Source: Candidatus Alkanophaga volatiphilum (GTDB lineage Archaea > Halobacteriota > Syntropharchaeia > Alkanophagales > B39-G2). Taken from it: a DNA stretch of 54,189 nucleotides. Both the position numbers and the translations under genes were made by a program. Below the pieces are notes generated by a model, which saw only the letters and a program-made list of their open reading frames with translations, had not been told where the DNA came from and searched no databases. Shown here piece after piece: positions 27,999-38,307 of this stretch. Position 1 is the first letter of the stretch; each line of letters opens with the position of its first letter. The stretch is taken from contig JAPHEE010000009.1 in assembly GCA_029259545.1 (NCBI GenBank), forward strand, positions 2,575 to 56,763, written 5' to 3'.

Positions 27999-29057
27999 TT
28001 ACCCAATTATGTCGATACCGTATTTTTCCTTTTTGGTCACCTTTCCGAGTATTTGATCCGAACGTACGCCAGTCACTATCACCATCGCCCTTATTGTGTT
28101 TTTCAGCTCTGGCATTATCTGCGCACCCCAAATTATCCTCGCATTCGGGTCTACCATCTTATAAACTTCCTCGACAACGCCTTCCGCTTCCTCGATGGTC
28201 ATGTCCTCGCCACCGCAAACGTTCACGAGCGCTGCCTTTGCGCCTGAGATGTCCACATCGAGCAGAGGTGAGCGCAGAGCACGACGCACTGCCTCTATCG
28301 CCCTGTTGTCACCATTAGCCTCGCCTAGACCGATCATCGCAACTCCGCCTTTCTGCATCACCGTGCGAACGTCCGCAAAATCTAAGTTTATCAAGCCAGG
28401 CTTCGTTATCAACTCGGTTATCCCCTTAACAGCTCGCATTAAGATTTCATCAGCAACCTTGAACGCTAAATTTAACGGAAGCCTGGGGGCGACCTGTAGA
28501 AGTCGGTCGTTCGGGATTACAATGACGGTATCCGCCGCCTCCCTTAACCTCTCAAGCCCCATCTCGGCGTTCTCCCAACGAACTCGTCCTTCGGCGGTGA
28601 ACGGCATGGTCACGACGGCTATCGTCAGGGCGCCGTCCTCCGCCGCCGCCTCGGCGACGATGGGCGACGCGCCCGTGCCGGTGCCGCCGCCGAGCCCACA
28701 GGTCACGAACACCATGTCCGCGCCCCTGACCACTTCCTTTATCTCGTCTATGCATTCCTTTGCAGCCTCCTCACCCAGCTGCGGGATGCTGCCGGCGCCT
28801 AGACCTCTCGTCGTCTTCTTCCCTAAAAGCACCTTCCGGTGAGCCTTCGCGTAGAACAGGTGCAAAGCGTCGGTGTTCATCGCGATCAGCTCGGCGCCCT
28901 CGATCCCCTCCTCCATCATCCTTTGTATGGTGTTAGTGCCGCTGCCGCCGCACCCTATCACCTTTATGATGGTCTTCGCCCTCTGCAGAATCTCCTCTAT
29001 CTCCTTATTTACAACCTCCCTCTCCCTACTTATCACCTCATCAACGATACGCTCCAT
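27999..29057 (-). CDS. ftsZ: cell division protein FtsZ (FtsZ1-like)
   Basis: GLGGGTGTG and [11 protein letters not shown] motifs; upstream of secE-spt5. Confidence 0.95.
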   Translation of the reverse strand: MERIVDEVISREREVVNKEIEEILQRAKTIIKVIGCGGSGTNTIQRMMEEGIEGAELIAMNTDALHLFYAKAHRKVLLGKKTTRGLGAGSIPQLGEEAAKECIDEIKEVVRGADMVFVTCGLGGGTGTGASPIVAEAAAEDGALTIAVVTMPFTAEGRVRWENAEMGLERLREAADTVIVIPNDRLLQVAPRLPLNLAFKVADEILMRAVKGITELITKPGLINLDFADVRTVMQKGGVAMIGLGEANGDNRAIEAVRRALRSPLLDVDISGAKAALVNVCGGEDMTIEEAEGVVEEVYKMVDPNARIIWGAQIMPELKNTIRAMVIVTGVRSDQILGKVTKKEKYGIDIIG

Positions 29058-29073
29058 ATTATCACTATCCTAA

Positions 29074-29156
29074 TGCGGAGGGGGGGATTCGAACCCCCGA
29101 ACCCCTACGGGACTGACCCCTCAAGCCAGCGCCTTTGTCCGCTCGGCAACCTCCGC
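29074..29156 (-). tRNA. tRNA-Leu(GAG)
   Basis: GCGGAGG acceptor stem, CTGGC-TTGAGGG-GTCAG anticodon arm, long variable arm, GGTTCGAATCC. Confidence 0.95.
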
Positions 29157-29987
29157 AATCTCCGTTTTCAATTTCATGTATTTCTCCTTCAAAGCTTTTA
29201 CGGCTCTTAATACTATCTCCCAAACGTCGTAAGAACCATCGGACTCGACATTAAAAACGAACGATTGCTTATCATAAAGCACCTTTATGGCGTTTCTATC
29301 GCAAACACTCTCGCAAAGCTTGCATAGCGAGCAAAGCTTCTCATCTTTTACCGTCACTGTACCCAATGACACCTCGAGTATTCGCTTCGGACACTCCTCA
29401 ACGCATTTTCCGCATGCATCGCATTTCTCCTCGTCTATCTCGACAATGGGCATGTTTTTATAGCCACATGCCGTCACCGGTTGCCATTTTGCATGCTTTT
29501 TCCCAACACCAAGCCTTGCAATCGCCTCTATCATCAAACTCTGTCTTGAAACTGTTTTTATGCCGTCTATCCGCACCTCTCTTGAAATCAGCTTGACGAT
29601 GGGGATGTTGGGATACGGGCGGACTCTCTCGTCGGACGAAACAAGTTCATTGGAGTAAACAACTCGCTGCCCCACCTCCTCTGGGCTTTGAGCAGTAAGG
29701 GTAAACGACACCTGGCAGAAGCCACAGCCCTCCCCCTTGCACTCGCAGTCCTCAGGAAATACGAATTCGTCTATGTTTTCGGCTCTCAGAGGGATGAGTG
29801 CGAGCCTCAGCGCTAAAATTTCGTCGAAAAGTGGCGAGGTGTTTTCATAAACGTTGACCTCATCGATTGCGAGCTTTGGGACCTCCGTCATCATCGCACG
29901 CCGCAGGGCGTTTGCAAAGTAGGGCTTGACACCTCTGAGGATGAACTTCATTGCCAAGTCCGTGAGTTCGAGAATTTCCACTTCCAT
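29121..29987 (-). CDS. rpoD: RNA polymerase subunit D (Rpo3) with 4Fe-4S domain
   Basis: FANALRR, ENTSPLFDEILALRLALIP, HAKWQP and CDACGKCVEECP motifs. Confidence 0.95.
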   Translation of the reverse strand: MEVEILELTDLAMKFILRGVKPYFANALRRAMMTEVPKLAIDEVNVYENTSPLFDEILALRLALIPLRAENIDEFVFPEDCECKGEGCGFCQVSFTLTAQSPEEVGQRVVYSNELVSSDERVRPYPNIPIVKLISREVRIDGIKTVSRQSLMIEAIARLGVGKKHAKWQPVTACGYKNMPIVEIDEEKCDACGKCVEECPKRILEVSLGTVTVKDEKLCSLCKLCESVCDRNAIKVLYDKQSFVFNVESDGSYDVWEIVLRAVKALKEKYMKLKTEIAEVAERTKALA

Positions 29988-29996
29988 CTCGACACC

Positions 29997-30386
29997 TCAA
30001 ACCCTTCTTCCTCGCTTCCCACCGGGAGGTCGCGTGCCGTCGTGCGGTATGGGCGTAACGTCCTCTATTCGCCCTATCCGCAGACCAGCTCTTGCAAAAG
30101 CGCGAATTGCAGCCTGCGCTCCAGGTCCAGGACTTTTTTCTCTGTTCCCGCCCGGCGCTCTCACCTTTATGTGGATGCCCACTATACCCTTCTCCTTTAT
30201 TTTCTCAGCAAGCTGGAGGGCGAGCTGCATTGCTATATAAGGCGAGCTCTCGTCCCTGTCAGCCTTTGCTATCATGCCTCCTGAACCCCTTGCGATGGTC
30301 TCTGCTCCCGTAAGGTCAGTTATCGTGATTATCGTGTTGTTAAATGATGCGTAAATGTGAGCGACCGCCCACTTCCCGTCCTTCAT
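29997..30386 (-). CDS. rps11: 30S ribosomal protein S11
   Basis: [21 protein letters not shown] and DVTPIPHDG motifs. Confidence 0.97.
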   Translation of the reverse strand: MKDGKWAVAHIYASFNNTIITITDLTGAETIARGSGGMIAKADRDESSPYIAMQLALQLAEKIKEKGIVGIHIKVRAPGGNREKSPGPGAQAAIRAFARAGLRIGRIEDVTPIPHDGTRPPGGKRGRRV

Positions 30387-30910
30387 GCCTGCACCTCACC
30401 TAAGCCCAGCTTCTCAGCAATACTCTCATCAAAATATTGTACCTCAGGCTCTTCATCCACAGATACGATATAGCCGGGGGCTGTCACGCGGCGACCCGCC
30501 ACTGCGATGTGCCCGTGTACAATCAGCTGGCGAGCTTGTTTCATCGTCTTCGCAAGCCCTTTCCTATATACTATCGTCTGCAAACGTCGCTCTAAGATGT
30601 CTTCAACATTCAGCCCTAGTACATCGTCGACATCGCCGTCTGGTTTTAGCAACCCCTTGCGCTTCAAACTCCTCAGAAGCTCCTCCTTCTTACGCAAGGC
30701 ATGCTCACTGCCCTTCATACTGGAAAGCGCTGCCAGTATTCTTCTCACTTCCCTCCTATACTTTTTTATCATCGTCAGCGCCTTGTAAATTTCACGCTTG
30801 TTCTTCAGCCCGTACTTCTCCACGAGTTCCTTCTCCTCCTGTATTCTTGTTGCTTCCCAAGGATGTTTTGGTGTCTCATAGGTCTTCCTTTGCCTCTTAG
30901 GGTCGCCCAT
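30383..30910 (-). CDS. rps4: 30S ribosomal protein S4
   Basis: [19 protein letters not shown] and ARQLIVHGH motifs. Confidence 0.97.
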   Translation of the reverse strand: MGDPKRQRKTYETPKHPWEATRIQEEKELVEKYGLKNKREIYKALTMIKKYRREVRRILAALSSMKGSEHALRKKEELLRSLKRKGLLKPDGDVDDVLGLNVEDILERRLQTIVYRKGLAKTMKQARQLIVHGHIAVAGRRVTAPGYIVSVDEEPEVQYFDESIAEKLGLGEVQA

Positions 30911-30919
30911 GCCCCCACC

Positions 30920-31393
30920 TCACTTCTTCTTCCTCCTAACGCCGACAGCGGGACCCTTTCTACCTGTGGAGCGTGTCCTTTGCCCTCTCACCTTCAGCCC
31001 AAGCTCATGCCTTATGCCCCTATAACATCGTATCTTTTTCATGAGGTTTATATCCTCCCTGACCGTCATCAGCAAGTCCGAGCCTAAGATGTGCTTGTCC
31101 TCGCCTGTGTAGAAGTCCTTCCGCCGATTCAGCATCCAACTTGGCAGTCTCTTCTCGACACTCTCCAAAGCGTTCCTCAACCTTTCTATCTCTTCGTCGG
31201 AGAGCTTGCCCATCGTCGCATCCGGATCGATACCTGCAGAGATTGCTATCGCCTTTGCAACTCGCCGCCCTATGCCCTTTATGCCGCAGAGCGCATACTG
31301 TACGCTTTTCGTTCCATCTAAGTCTGTATCTATGAGCCTTACTATGTGCTTAAACTCCTTATCCGCCGTTTCCTCTGCTGCGTCCTCTGCCAT
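30920..31393 (-). CDS. rps13: 30S ribosomal protein S13
   Basis: [15 protein letters not shown] and GLKVRGQRT motifs; start at MAEDAA after GAAGGTGA. Confidence 0.95.
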   Translation of the reverse strand: MAEDAAEETADKEFKHIVRLIDTDLDGTKSVQYALCGIKGIGRRVAKAIAISAGIDPDATMGKLSDEEIERLRNALESVEKRLPSWMLNRRKDFYTGEDKHILGSDLLMTVREDINLMKKIRCYRGIRHELGLKVRGQRTRSTGRKGPAVGVRRKKK

Positions 31394-31505
31394 CCGCTCA
31401 CCTTCTTTTTTATTTCTCACGCAGCATTTAAATATGTCGCCACAGTGGCTGGGAGCGTTTAACGCCAGATATAAGAACGAACAAACCAGAGGGAAGAGGC
31501 GCTCA

Positions 31506-31742
31506 TCAATTGTCGTGCGTCGGCTCAACCTCAAATTTCAGTAGCTCCTCCCAGAGTCGTAGCGTCTCCAGTGCCTCCTTCTCATCTATAACTTCGATCG
31601 CAAAGCCAGCATGCACTATCACGTATTGCCCGACGGCGACATTCACAAGCGAGATGTTCACGTCACGTTTGACGCCACCGAAGTCCACCTTCGCACGGTC
31701 GCCATGGATTTCAAGCACTTTCGCTGGTATCGCTAAGCACAT
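31506..31742 (-). CDS. hypC: hydrogenase chaperone HypC
   Basis: MCLAIP N-terminus and VIVHAGFAI motif. Confidence 0.95.
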   Translation of the reverse strand: MCLAIPAKVLEIHGDRAKVDFGGVKRDVNISLVNVAVGQYVIVHAGFAIEVIDEKEALETLRLWEELLKFEVEPTHDN

Positions 31743-31975
31743 GAAAATCGTTTCATTCCGCACCTAAATATTTTTTGAGTCGATGAAGCTTGGAAGGCGA
31801 TAACTGTGCTTCCTATCCATGACAGCCCTTCCGATTTCGCCGTGGTCGACGCTTGCAATCGTTCCTTCTAGGAGATGTACTCGGAGTTCGAAAATGTATT
31901 TGAATTCCAAATAATAACGGAGGTGAGAGGCGGCTTCCTTCACCTCCTCCATTATAATCCACGCCGTCGGGGCTT

Positions 31976-32917
31976 ATGAAAATAACCGGCGTTAAAGTTA
32001 GGGAAAGAATGAGTGTGGACGAGCTGGTACGTGAGCTGGAGCGCTGCGCCTTCGGCGCTCGCCGTCTTGCCGTCGCCGTAGATATTTACAATGAAATGCT
32101 AGAGCGGGGCGCCGTGAAATTTTTGGGCTTAGCAGGCGCCTTGGTTCCAGCAGGACTGCGAGGAGTGATTTCAGAGATGCTGCGTTCGGGCTTCGTGGAC
32201 GTGCTTGTGACTACCGGCGCAAATATAGTGCATGACATAATCGAGGCGCTCGGAGGGCATCATTATCTCACGACGCTTGCCGTCGAGAGCATCGACGACG
32301 CCGCGCTCCGCACGCAAAGTACGAGCCGCATATATGATGTGCTCGTACGTGATGAGGACTTCGTGCGGCTTGAAGAATTCGTGCGTTCAACTCTTGAGGA
32401 GCTTAATACCAAGGGCATGCTAAGAAAGCCTATTAGCATAAGGGGGTTGTTGGTAGAGTTCGGTAAGAGGCTTGACGACGAAGATTCAATTTTGAGGGTC
32501 GCCGTTGAGAAAGGGATTCCAGTTTTCTGTCCGGCGTTCGCGGACTCCATGCTCGGGCTGCATGCCTCGCTCTTCAGGCAGACGGCACCGCTTGTCGTAG
32601 ACGCGATTGCGGACATGCAAGAACTTATCGGTCTCTGCTACGACGCCGAGCTCGCAGGTGCGATTATACTCGGCGGCGGCGTTCCCAAAAACTTCATATT
32701 TCAGGCAATGTTACTATCTCCAAAAGGCGGCTTCGACTACGTCATCCAGATCACGACGGACACGCCGCACGCCGGAGGTCTCAGCGGCGCCACGCCCGAC
32801 GAAGCCAAATCCTGGGGCAAGGTGAAGAGCGATGCGAAGACCGTCGTCGTTTATTGTGATGTTACCATTGCGCTCCCTATCATAGTAGCAGCTCTTAAAG
32901 AGCGAAGACGTAGATAA
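31976..32917 (+). CDS. dys: deoxyhypusine synthase
   Basis: TTGANIVHD, LGGGVPK and GGLSGATPDEAKSWGK motifs. Confidence 0.92.
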   Translation: MKITGVKVRERMSVDELVRELERCAFGARRLAVAVDIYNEMLERGAVKFLGLAGALVPAGLRGVISEMLRSGFVDVLVTTGANIVHDIIEALGGHHYLTTLAVESIDDAALRTQSTSRIYDVLVRDEDFVRLEEFVRSTLEELNTKGMLRKPISIRGLLVEFGKRLDDEDSILRVAVEKGIPVFCPAFADSMLGLHASLFRQTAPLVVDAIADMQELIGLCYDAELAGAIILGGGVPKNFIFQAMLLSPKGGFDYVIQITTDTPHAGGLSGATPDEAKSWGKVKSDAKTVVVYCDVTIALPIIVAALKERRRR

Positions 32918-32930
32918 TGAGGGTGGTGGC

Positions 32931-33329
32931 ATGAGCGAGGAGCTTTTCGAGCGGGCGAAGAAGCTGCTGGGCGAGCCCGAGAGGATGGTATCGCTGATAT
33001 TCGAGGCGGCGGAGGGGATGCTCGGCACCGTCCCCTTCATCCTCAAGGAGATGGCGAGGCGCCCTGAGGTCATGATCCCGGACGTGATCGGCGATTTTTT
33101 CGCGCTGCGTCCGAAAGCCTTGGATGCGAAGACTGCGGAGCTCGTCGCCCTCGCCGCAGCAGCCGCGCTCAGAGCAGAGGAGTGCATAAGCGTGCATATA
33201 GACGCCGCTCTTAAATGCGGAGCTACCGAAGAAGAGATTTTTGACGTTTTAATGATAAGCGGGATAATGGGAAAGACTGCGATCCTTGCGACCGCATTAC
33301 GAAAATTGAAGGAGAAACGAGAGAAATAG
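32931..33329 (+). CDS. carboxymuconolactone decarboxylase/AhpD-like protein
   Basis: LDAKTAELVAL...CISVH...GATEEEI. Confidence 0.8.
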   Translation: MSEELFERAKKLLGEPERMVSLIFEAAEGMLGTVPFILKEMARRPEVMIPDVIGDFFALRPKALDAKTAELVALAAAAALRAEECISVHIDAALKCGATEEEIFDVLMISGIMGKTAILATALRKLKEKREK

Positions 33330-33340
33330 GAGGCTCGGTC

Positions 33341-34309
33341 GTGGCTGCCGAAGAACGACTTCCGAGGACGATACTTGAGGGTACGGAGGAGGTAGTGACG
33401 CTTGAGGAGCTGAGGGCAGCCCTAGAGGACGCCACTGGTAAGAGGGCGTACGTGGGCTACGAGCCGAGCGGGAGCATCCACCTCGGGCACATGATTACAG
33501 TGTTGAAGCTTGCGGAGTTCCAGCGGCTTGGATTCAAGGCGACGGTGCTGCTTGCCGACCTTCATGCGCACCTTAACGAGAAGGGGAGCCTTGAGGAGGT
33601 AAGGGAGATTGCCGAACGCAATAAAAAGTGCTTTCTTGCAATGGGCGTGCTCGGCGACGATACTGAATTCCTGCTCGGCTCGTCGTTCCAACTGGACGCC
33701 GACTACATGCGAGATGTCCTGCGGCTTGCGACGATCACGACGCTAAGCCGGGCAAGGCGAAGCATGGATGAAATTTCGCGGAGCGTCGAAAATCCTAAGG
33801 TCTCGCAGATGATTTATCCGCTAATGCAGGTAATGGACATCGCATATCTTAACGCGGATGTTGCAATCGGTGGGATCGACCAGCGTAAGATCCACATGCT
33901 CGCAAGGGAGAGCCTGCCGAAGCTCGGATTTAAGGCGCCGATATGCGTACACACGCCGCTCATCCTCGGGCTCGACGGCGAGAAGATGTCGTCGTCGAAG
34001 GGTAACTTCATTGCAGTAGATGATGATGAGGCAACTGTCAACGCAAAAATCAGGAGGGCGGTGTGCCCGCCGAAAACCGCCGAGAACAACCCCGTCCTCC
34101 AGCTCTACGAGCTCCTAATCTTTCCAGTCTTCAGGAAGGTAGAAATAGAGAGGGATGCAAAATACGGCGGCGACGTCGCCTATGAGAACTTCTACGAGCT
34201 TGAAAAGGACTACGTTGAGGGCGAGCTGCACCCACTTGACCTCAAGCTCAACGCCGCAAGATACATCAACAAGCTGATAGAACCTGCGAGGCGGAAACTG
34301 AAAAGGTGA
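33341..34309 (+). CDS. tyrS: tyrosine--tRNA ligase
   Basis: GYEPSG, HLGH, YPLMQ, GGIDQRK and KMSSS motifs. Confidence 0.97.
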   Translation: MAAEERLPRTILEGTEEVVTLEELRAALEDATGKRAYVGYEPSGSIHLGHMITVLKLAEFQRLGFKATVLLADLHAHLNEKGSLEEVREIAERNKKCFLAMGVLGDDTEFLLGSSFQLDADYMRDVLRLATITTLSRARRSMDEISRSVENPKVSQMIYPLMQVMDIAYLNADVAIGGIDQRKIHMLARESLPKLGFKAPICVHTPLILGLDGEKMSSSKGNFIAVDDDEATVNAKIRRAVCPPKTAENNPVLQLYELLIFPVFRKVEIERDAKYGGDVAYENFYELEKDYVEGELHPLDLKLNAARYINKLIEPARRKLKR

Positions 34310-34579
34310 CTGTGACAGCGGGCGGCGCCGCCGGGCGTCGGAGGCTGGAAGTATGTTGCGTGGGCGTGAAATCTGGGCTGGGCGGAGAGGCGAAACGACC
34401 AAGACCAAAGACGGCGTTCAGCACCTTCGGGCTGCGGCTTCGGCGGGAGCATTTTAGTCTTTCTTAGGGAGCGGTGGAGGAGTGGAGACGTGGTACGTGG
34501 CATGTCGGTCGTGGTGCGTGGTCCGGTGGTACGTGGTCCATGCCGCCCCTGAAACGCTGCCCCCCTAAAACGTCGCCTC

Positions 34580-35083
34580 CTAAACTTTCCGGTACCTCCT
34601 CGCTATTTCTCGGAATGACTTTAGCAGCTGGTCGCTCAGTTTTGGACTCATCGAGATGTCCTCGGCGACTTTTTGTACATCACTCAAGTATCTCTCGACC
34701 TTTTCGATCTCCGTTCTGAAAGATTCCTCGTCCATCGACCCCTCGTAAAAACCATCGGAGTGCAGCCTTTCGGACCTCGCAAACATCCTATCTGCAAGAC
34801 CGAGTTTCTTCACTTCCTCAACATTCTTCTCAAGGGTCTCCAACAATTTTTTCCTTTCAGCTCTGCCTCTTGGTTTGTACGCACTCACACGCACAAGCAA
34901 ATAATCCGTAGCTAAAACTACAGAAAGCCAAGCCTTTTCACAAGCATCTCTGAGCTTCATAGGCTCCTTCTCTCGAATATACTCATCAAATTCCTTTTTT
35001 GCCTGCTCTAACGCTTTATAGGCGTCTGAGATGAGGTCATAAGGAGATATTCTCTCATCTTGCAATTTCTCCACACCTCTCAA
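34580..35083 (-). CDS. PaREP1-like (HEPN-related) protein
   Basis: ACEKAW...LHSDGFYEG pattern; AT-richer than its flanks. Confidence 0.65.
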   Translation of the reverse strand: MRGVEKLQDERISPYDLISDAYKALEQAKKEFDEYIREKEPMKLRDACEKAWLSVVLATDYLLVRVSAYKPRGRAERKKLLETLEKNVEEVKKLGLADRMFARSERLHSDGFYEGSMDEESFRTEIEKVERYLSDVQKVAEDISMSPKLSDQLLKSFREIARRYRKV

Positions 35084-35420
35084 TGACTACGACTTGGTAG
35101 TATAAAAAAGCTTGCGGATATTCCCATGGTTCTGATTTCGTCGGTGCGTAACTGAAGGAAGCCGATAAAGGAAGCCTCGACGGTTAGGAGTTACCTGCTA
35201 AATCACGCCCAGCGGTGATGAACGCAAGAAAGAGCTTTACTCTCTCACATGCCTTGCCGTCGCCGTTGTGATCATGAATGCGCTACATGAGGGTTTGCGG
35301 GCGCCATCGCCGTCGGGCTGAGACTGAAGAGCCGAGAGGAGAGTCTCACACTCCTAGGAGATGCCCGCGAATATGCTAATCCAAGCACCCGAGCACGTCA
35401 GGCTGCCCCGATCCTAGACG

Positions 35421-35585
35421 CTACTCGTAAGCGGGCTTTCCAAACTCCCGCTCGTAAGCCCTGCAGAACGGGCATATCTTGCGGTCTATATTCTTTACGA
35501 ACCAGTACGCCAAGCCTTTTTTCTTACTCCGTGCCCTCCTGCATATCGGGCATACCTCAGCACAAAATCTCGCACGCCTGCTCAT
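35421..35585 (-). CDS. 54-aa Cys-rich small protein (missed by the ORF track)
   Basis: MSRRARFCAEVCPICRRARSKKKGLAYWFVKNIDRKICPFCRAYEREFGKPAYE, with GGAGAGG upstream and two CPxC motifs. Confidence 0.7.
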   Translation of the reverse strand: MSRRARFCAEVCPICRRARSKKKGLAYWFVKNIDRKICPFCRAYEREFGKPAYE

Positions 35586-35662
35586 AACTCGACTTTCCTC
35601 CTCCTTTTATAAGAGTCTCACGCCGCCGACTTCGGCGTCCGCCTGCCACGCTCGTAGCCCGG

Positions 35663-35941
35663 CTACCAGCGCACGACCGTTTTCAGGAGGTAGGCGACGA
35701 CTGCGATCACGCACGCTGCAAAGCCCGCCGTCACCAACGCTTGGTACCTGTATTCGAAGAGGCTGGCGACCGCACTCACGACCGAAAAGTAGAAGTGGAA
35801 CGTCGCAACGAGCAGCAAGAGCATCAAAATAATGAGAACGCCGAGCCTGAAGTATCTGAGAAGGTCATCACCATGCCGTAGCTCATCAGTGCTCGCCTTA
35901 GTGTCGTCACTCTCCTCAATTTTCCCCTTTTCGCTTGCCAA
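35663..35941 (-). CDS. small membrane protein (2 TM)
   Basis: Two hydrophobic helices; overlaps the upstream gene. Confidence 0.7.
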   Translation of the reverse strand: MASEKGKIEESDDTKASTDELRHGDDLLRYFRLGVLIILMLLLLVATFHFYFSVVSAVASLFEYRYQALVTAGFAACVIAVVAYLLKTVVRW

Positions 35942-36947
35942 ACCTCATCACCCCCTTCAACAAAAATAACGTCGCTAAGAGCGAGAGCGCTGCCGCCACC
36001 CCTTCAAAACCTGCGGGCATCGGTGGTGAGGGGTAACGCTCGCCTTTTCTTGCGCCCTCTGGCATTCTGAGCGGTTCAGGCTGTGGTGTTGGGATGAAGC
36101 TCGTGATTTCGACCGCCGGCGAGACCTCCACAGCTCTTTCTTCAGCTCCGACCGTGATCGTGCGGTTCACAAAAGGGCTGAGGACGACAAAGCCGCTGCT
36201 CTCCTTTATTATCCGCTGCCCCTGCCAGATTTGGACTTCGACGACGTAGTCACGTCCGTTGAGTAAGCGGAGCGTCGCATGCCGCAAACTCGTGCTCTCC
36301 TTCGGCAAGAGTCCAAGATCGAGCCATTGCCATGCGGTTATGAGCTTCGTCTCGTTATCTCGTGCTTTTACGAGCGCTCGCAAGCCGCTGACGTCGCCGC
36401 CGAGGTTGTCGATGTAGAGCGTGACGTTTATCGCCGCATACTCCTTACCGCCGATGCTTTCGACAGATTCTACGTAAAAGTCCATGGTCCTGAGCGAGAG
36501 CCTCGCGTGCTCCGGCGGCTCGAGCGCTTCGAGTCCTCTGACGTAGACCTCGTAGTCGCCGACGCCTCTGTCGTCCTCGAAGAGCACAAGCCGAATGCGG
36601 TAGTCACCACGCCGCTCCACGTATATTAGCGCACTAGCTGCCTTTGTTTCCTTCTTCTTCAATACGCCGACGCACGTCTTATTTGTAGCGACGAGAAGGT
36701 TCGTCTTCGCATTGAAAGCTTTCACAAGGAGCTCGATGTCGCCGCTACCGGCGCCGTAATTGTCGAGATAAGCTGTGATGTTAAGCGATGCCGTCGAAGC
36801 GTTGACGGCGGCAGCCTTAACGTCCACGTCTCTAATAATTACGGCTGACGGCTCTTCGTAAAGACCCTCGCCGACCGTCGCAACGACAGCTACGAGCACG
36901 AAGAACGCCAGAACCACCAATAATGCCACCAAAAGGTCCCTGTCCAT
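35916..36947 (-). CDS. cell-surface protein with duplicated Ig-like domain and PGF-CTERM-like tail
   Basis: N-terminal TM, internal repeat (LNITAYLDNYG / INVTLYIDNLG), C-terminal PAGF-TM-basic tail. Confidence 0.75.
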   Translation of the reverse strand: MDRDLLVALLVVLAFFVLVAVVATVGEGLYEEPSAVIIRDVDVKAAAVNASTASLNITAYLDNYGAGSGDIELLVKAFNAKTNLLVATNKTCVGVLKKKETKAASALIYVERRGDYRIRLVLFEDDRGVGDYEVYVRGLEALEPPEHARLSLRTMDFYVESVESIGGKEYAAINVTLYIDNLGGDVSGLRALVKARDNETKLITAWQWLDLGLLPKESTSLRHATLRLLNGRDYVVEVQIWQGQRIIKESSGFVVLSPFVNRTITVGAEERAVEVSPAVEITSFIPTPQPEPLRMPEGARKGERYPSPPMPAGFEGVAAALSLLATLFLLKGVMRFGKRKGEN

Positions 36948-37060
36948 CGCTTCTTGTTTGTGGGGGTCGGTTTAAATATTTTTCCTTAGCTTCGAACGGA
37001 TTCGCAGCATAATCGACAAGATTAAACTTTTGAAGCCCAACGGTTATTAAGGGATGTGAG

Positions 37061-37354
37061 ATGTTCAAGTGGTGGCTGCTGGGCTTTGCGCTAGTGTTGC
37101 TTGGCATTCTGATAACACTCGCGGGCACGCTTTACGAGAGTTACAAAGCAGCGCAAGAAGGACGTTATTGGCACGGGCGTACTGGAGAGTGCCGGGAGAA
37201 CGTTACAGGCGGCGCGGCGGGTGTCGTAATGATAGGTCCTTTTCCGATAGTGTTCGGGACGGACGTGGCGGCGGTGAAGCTCGTGATCGTGCTGACGATA
37301 GTGCTGATGGTGGTTGCGTTCGTCCTACTGCTGCTGTCCGTGCGTCTGCTTTAG
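37061..37354 (+). CDS. DUF131/TIGR00304-type membrane protein
   Basis: GGAAGVVMIGPFPIVFGTD signature. Confidence 0.8.
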   Translation: MFKWWLLGFALVLLGILITLAGTLYESYKAAQEGRYWHGRTGECRENVTGGAAGVVMIGPFPIVFGTDVAAVKLVIVLTIVLMVVAFVLLLLSVRLL

Positions 37355-37357
37355 GCG

Positions 37358-38275
37358 GTGGGCATGAGGAGGAGATGGCTGCAGACGCTCCTCGGCGTGC
37401 TGATATTTGCGCTGCTCCTCTACAAAATAGACGTTAGGGAGGTTCTCGAAGCTTTTAAGGGCGTGAACTTGCTGTACTTCGGGCTTGCCGCCGCCGCTTA
37501 CTTCTGCTACGACGTGCTCATGGCGTTCCGTTTGCATTATCTGCTGTCGAGGCTCGGAGCAAGGAACTCTTTTAAGGAGGCGTTCTTTGCGCACATGGGC
37601 GGTATGGTGGCGTCGGACGTGACGCCCGCCAGAAGCGGCTACCTGCTGACGCCTTACTTCCTGAAAAAGGATGGGAGTGCGGGTATTACGGAGGGTCTTG
37701 CTGCCATTCTTGCGCCACAGGGCTTCGAGTTCGTGATGAAAGTTGTCGGTGGCTTTTTGGGCTTTCTATTTTTTGTCTCAGCGCTCGATACAAACCTACT
37801 CGTACCGCTGAGCGTCGCCGCCGTTGCATTTCTTATGATAGGTGTCTTGACGCTTGTGATCCTCTGGACGAGAGAGGGAATTTCCTCGTCACTGCTTTCT
37901 AAAATCCCGGTGCTAAGGAGATTCGACGAGAAATATAATAGGGTCAAAGACCTGAGTCTCGAAATTAAAAGCGATTTGCCCGTGATATTTGTGATATACA
38001 TGGCATGCTGGCTGCTAATGGGGCTGCAGTGGTTTTTCTTGGCTAAGGCGCTCGACATCGATCTATCGTTCGTCGCATGTTTCCTCCTGCACCCGCTGAT
38101 AACACTGCTTGCATTCGTGCCGCTGACGCCCGCAGGTTTTGGAATAATGGAAGGTGGCACCGCCGCCGTCTTCCACATGCTCGGAATTAACGTCGGCGTT
38201 GCGCTCACGTTCTCGCTGCTCGTGCGGATTAATTGCATAGTCGTGGACGCCATTGGGCTGAAAGAAGTCTTCTGA
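37358..38275 (+). CDS. lysylphosphatidylglycerol synthase TM domain / UPF0104 flippase-like protein
   Basis: VTPARSG and PLTPAGFGIMEG motifs; multiple TM segments. Confidence 0.8.
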   Translation: MGMRRRWLQTLLGVLIFALLLYKIDVREVLEAFKGVNLLYFGLAAAAYFCYDVLMAFRLHYLLSRLGARNSFKEAFFAHMGGMVASDVTPARSGYLLTPYFLKKDGSAGITEGLAAILAPQGFEFVMKVVGGFLGFLFFVSALDTNLLVPLSVAAVAFLMIGVLTLVILWTREGISSSLLSKIPVLRRFDEKYNRVKDLSLEIKSDLPVIFVIYMACWLLMGLQWFFLAKALDIDLSFVACFLLHPLITLLAFVPLTPAGFGIMEGGTAAVFHMLGINVGVALTFSLLVRINCIVVDAIGLKEVF

Positions 38276-38307
38276 AGCTTTTTATCTTTTACTCCAAACA
38301 TTAGAGC

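Noticed and set aside
31764-31952. 62-aa ORF upstream of hypC
   Set aside because: No recognisable family; could be spurious or a fragment.
34480-34545. Short GTGGT-rich repeats (also 12955-12980, 38757-38785, 39075-39140) as a CRISPR array
   Set aside because: Irregular low-complexity tracts with no constant repeat-spacer period and no cas genes.
35140-35340. Possible transposase remnant
   Set aside because: Only a vague coding-like appearance; no DDE or HUH motif legible.
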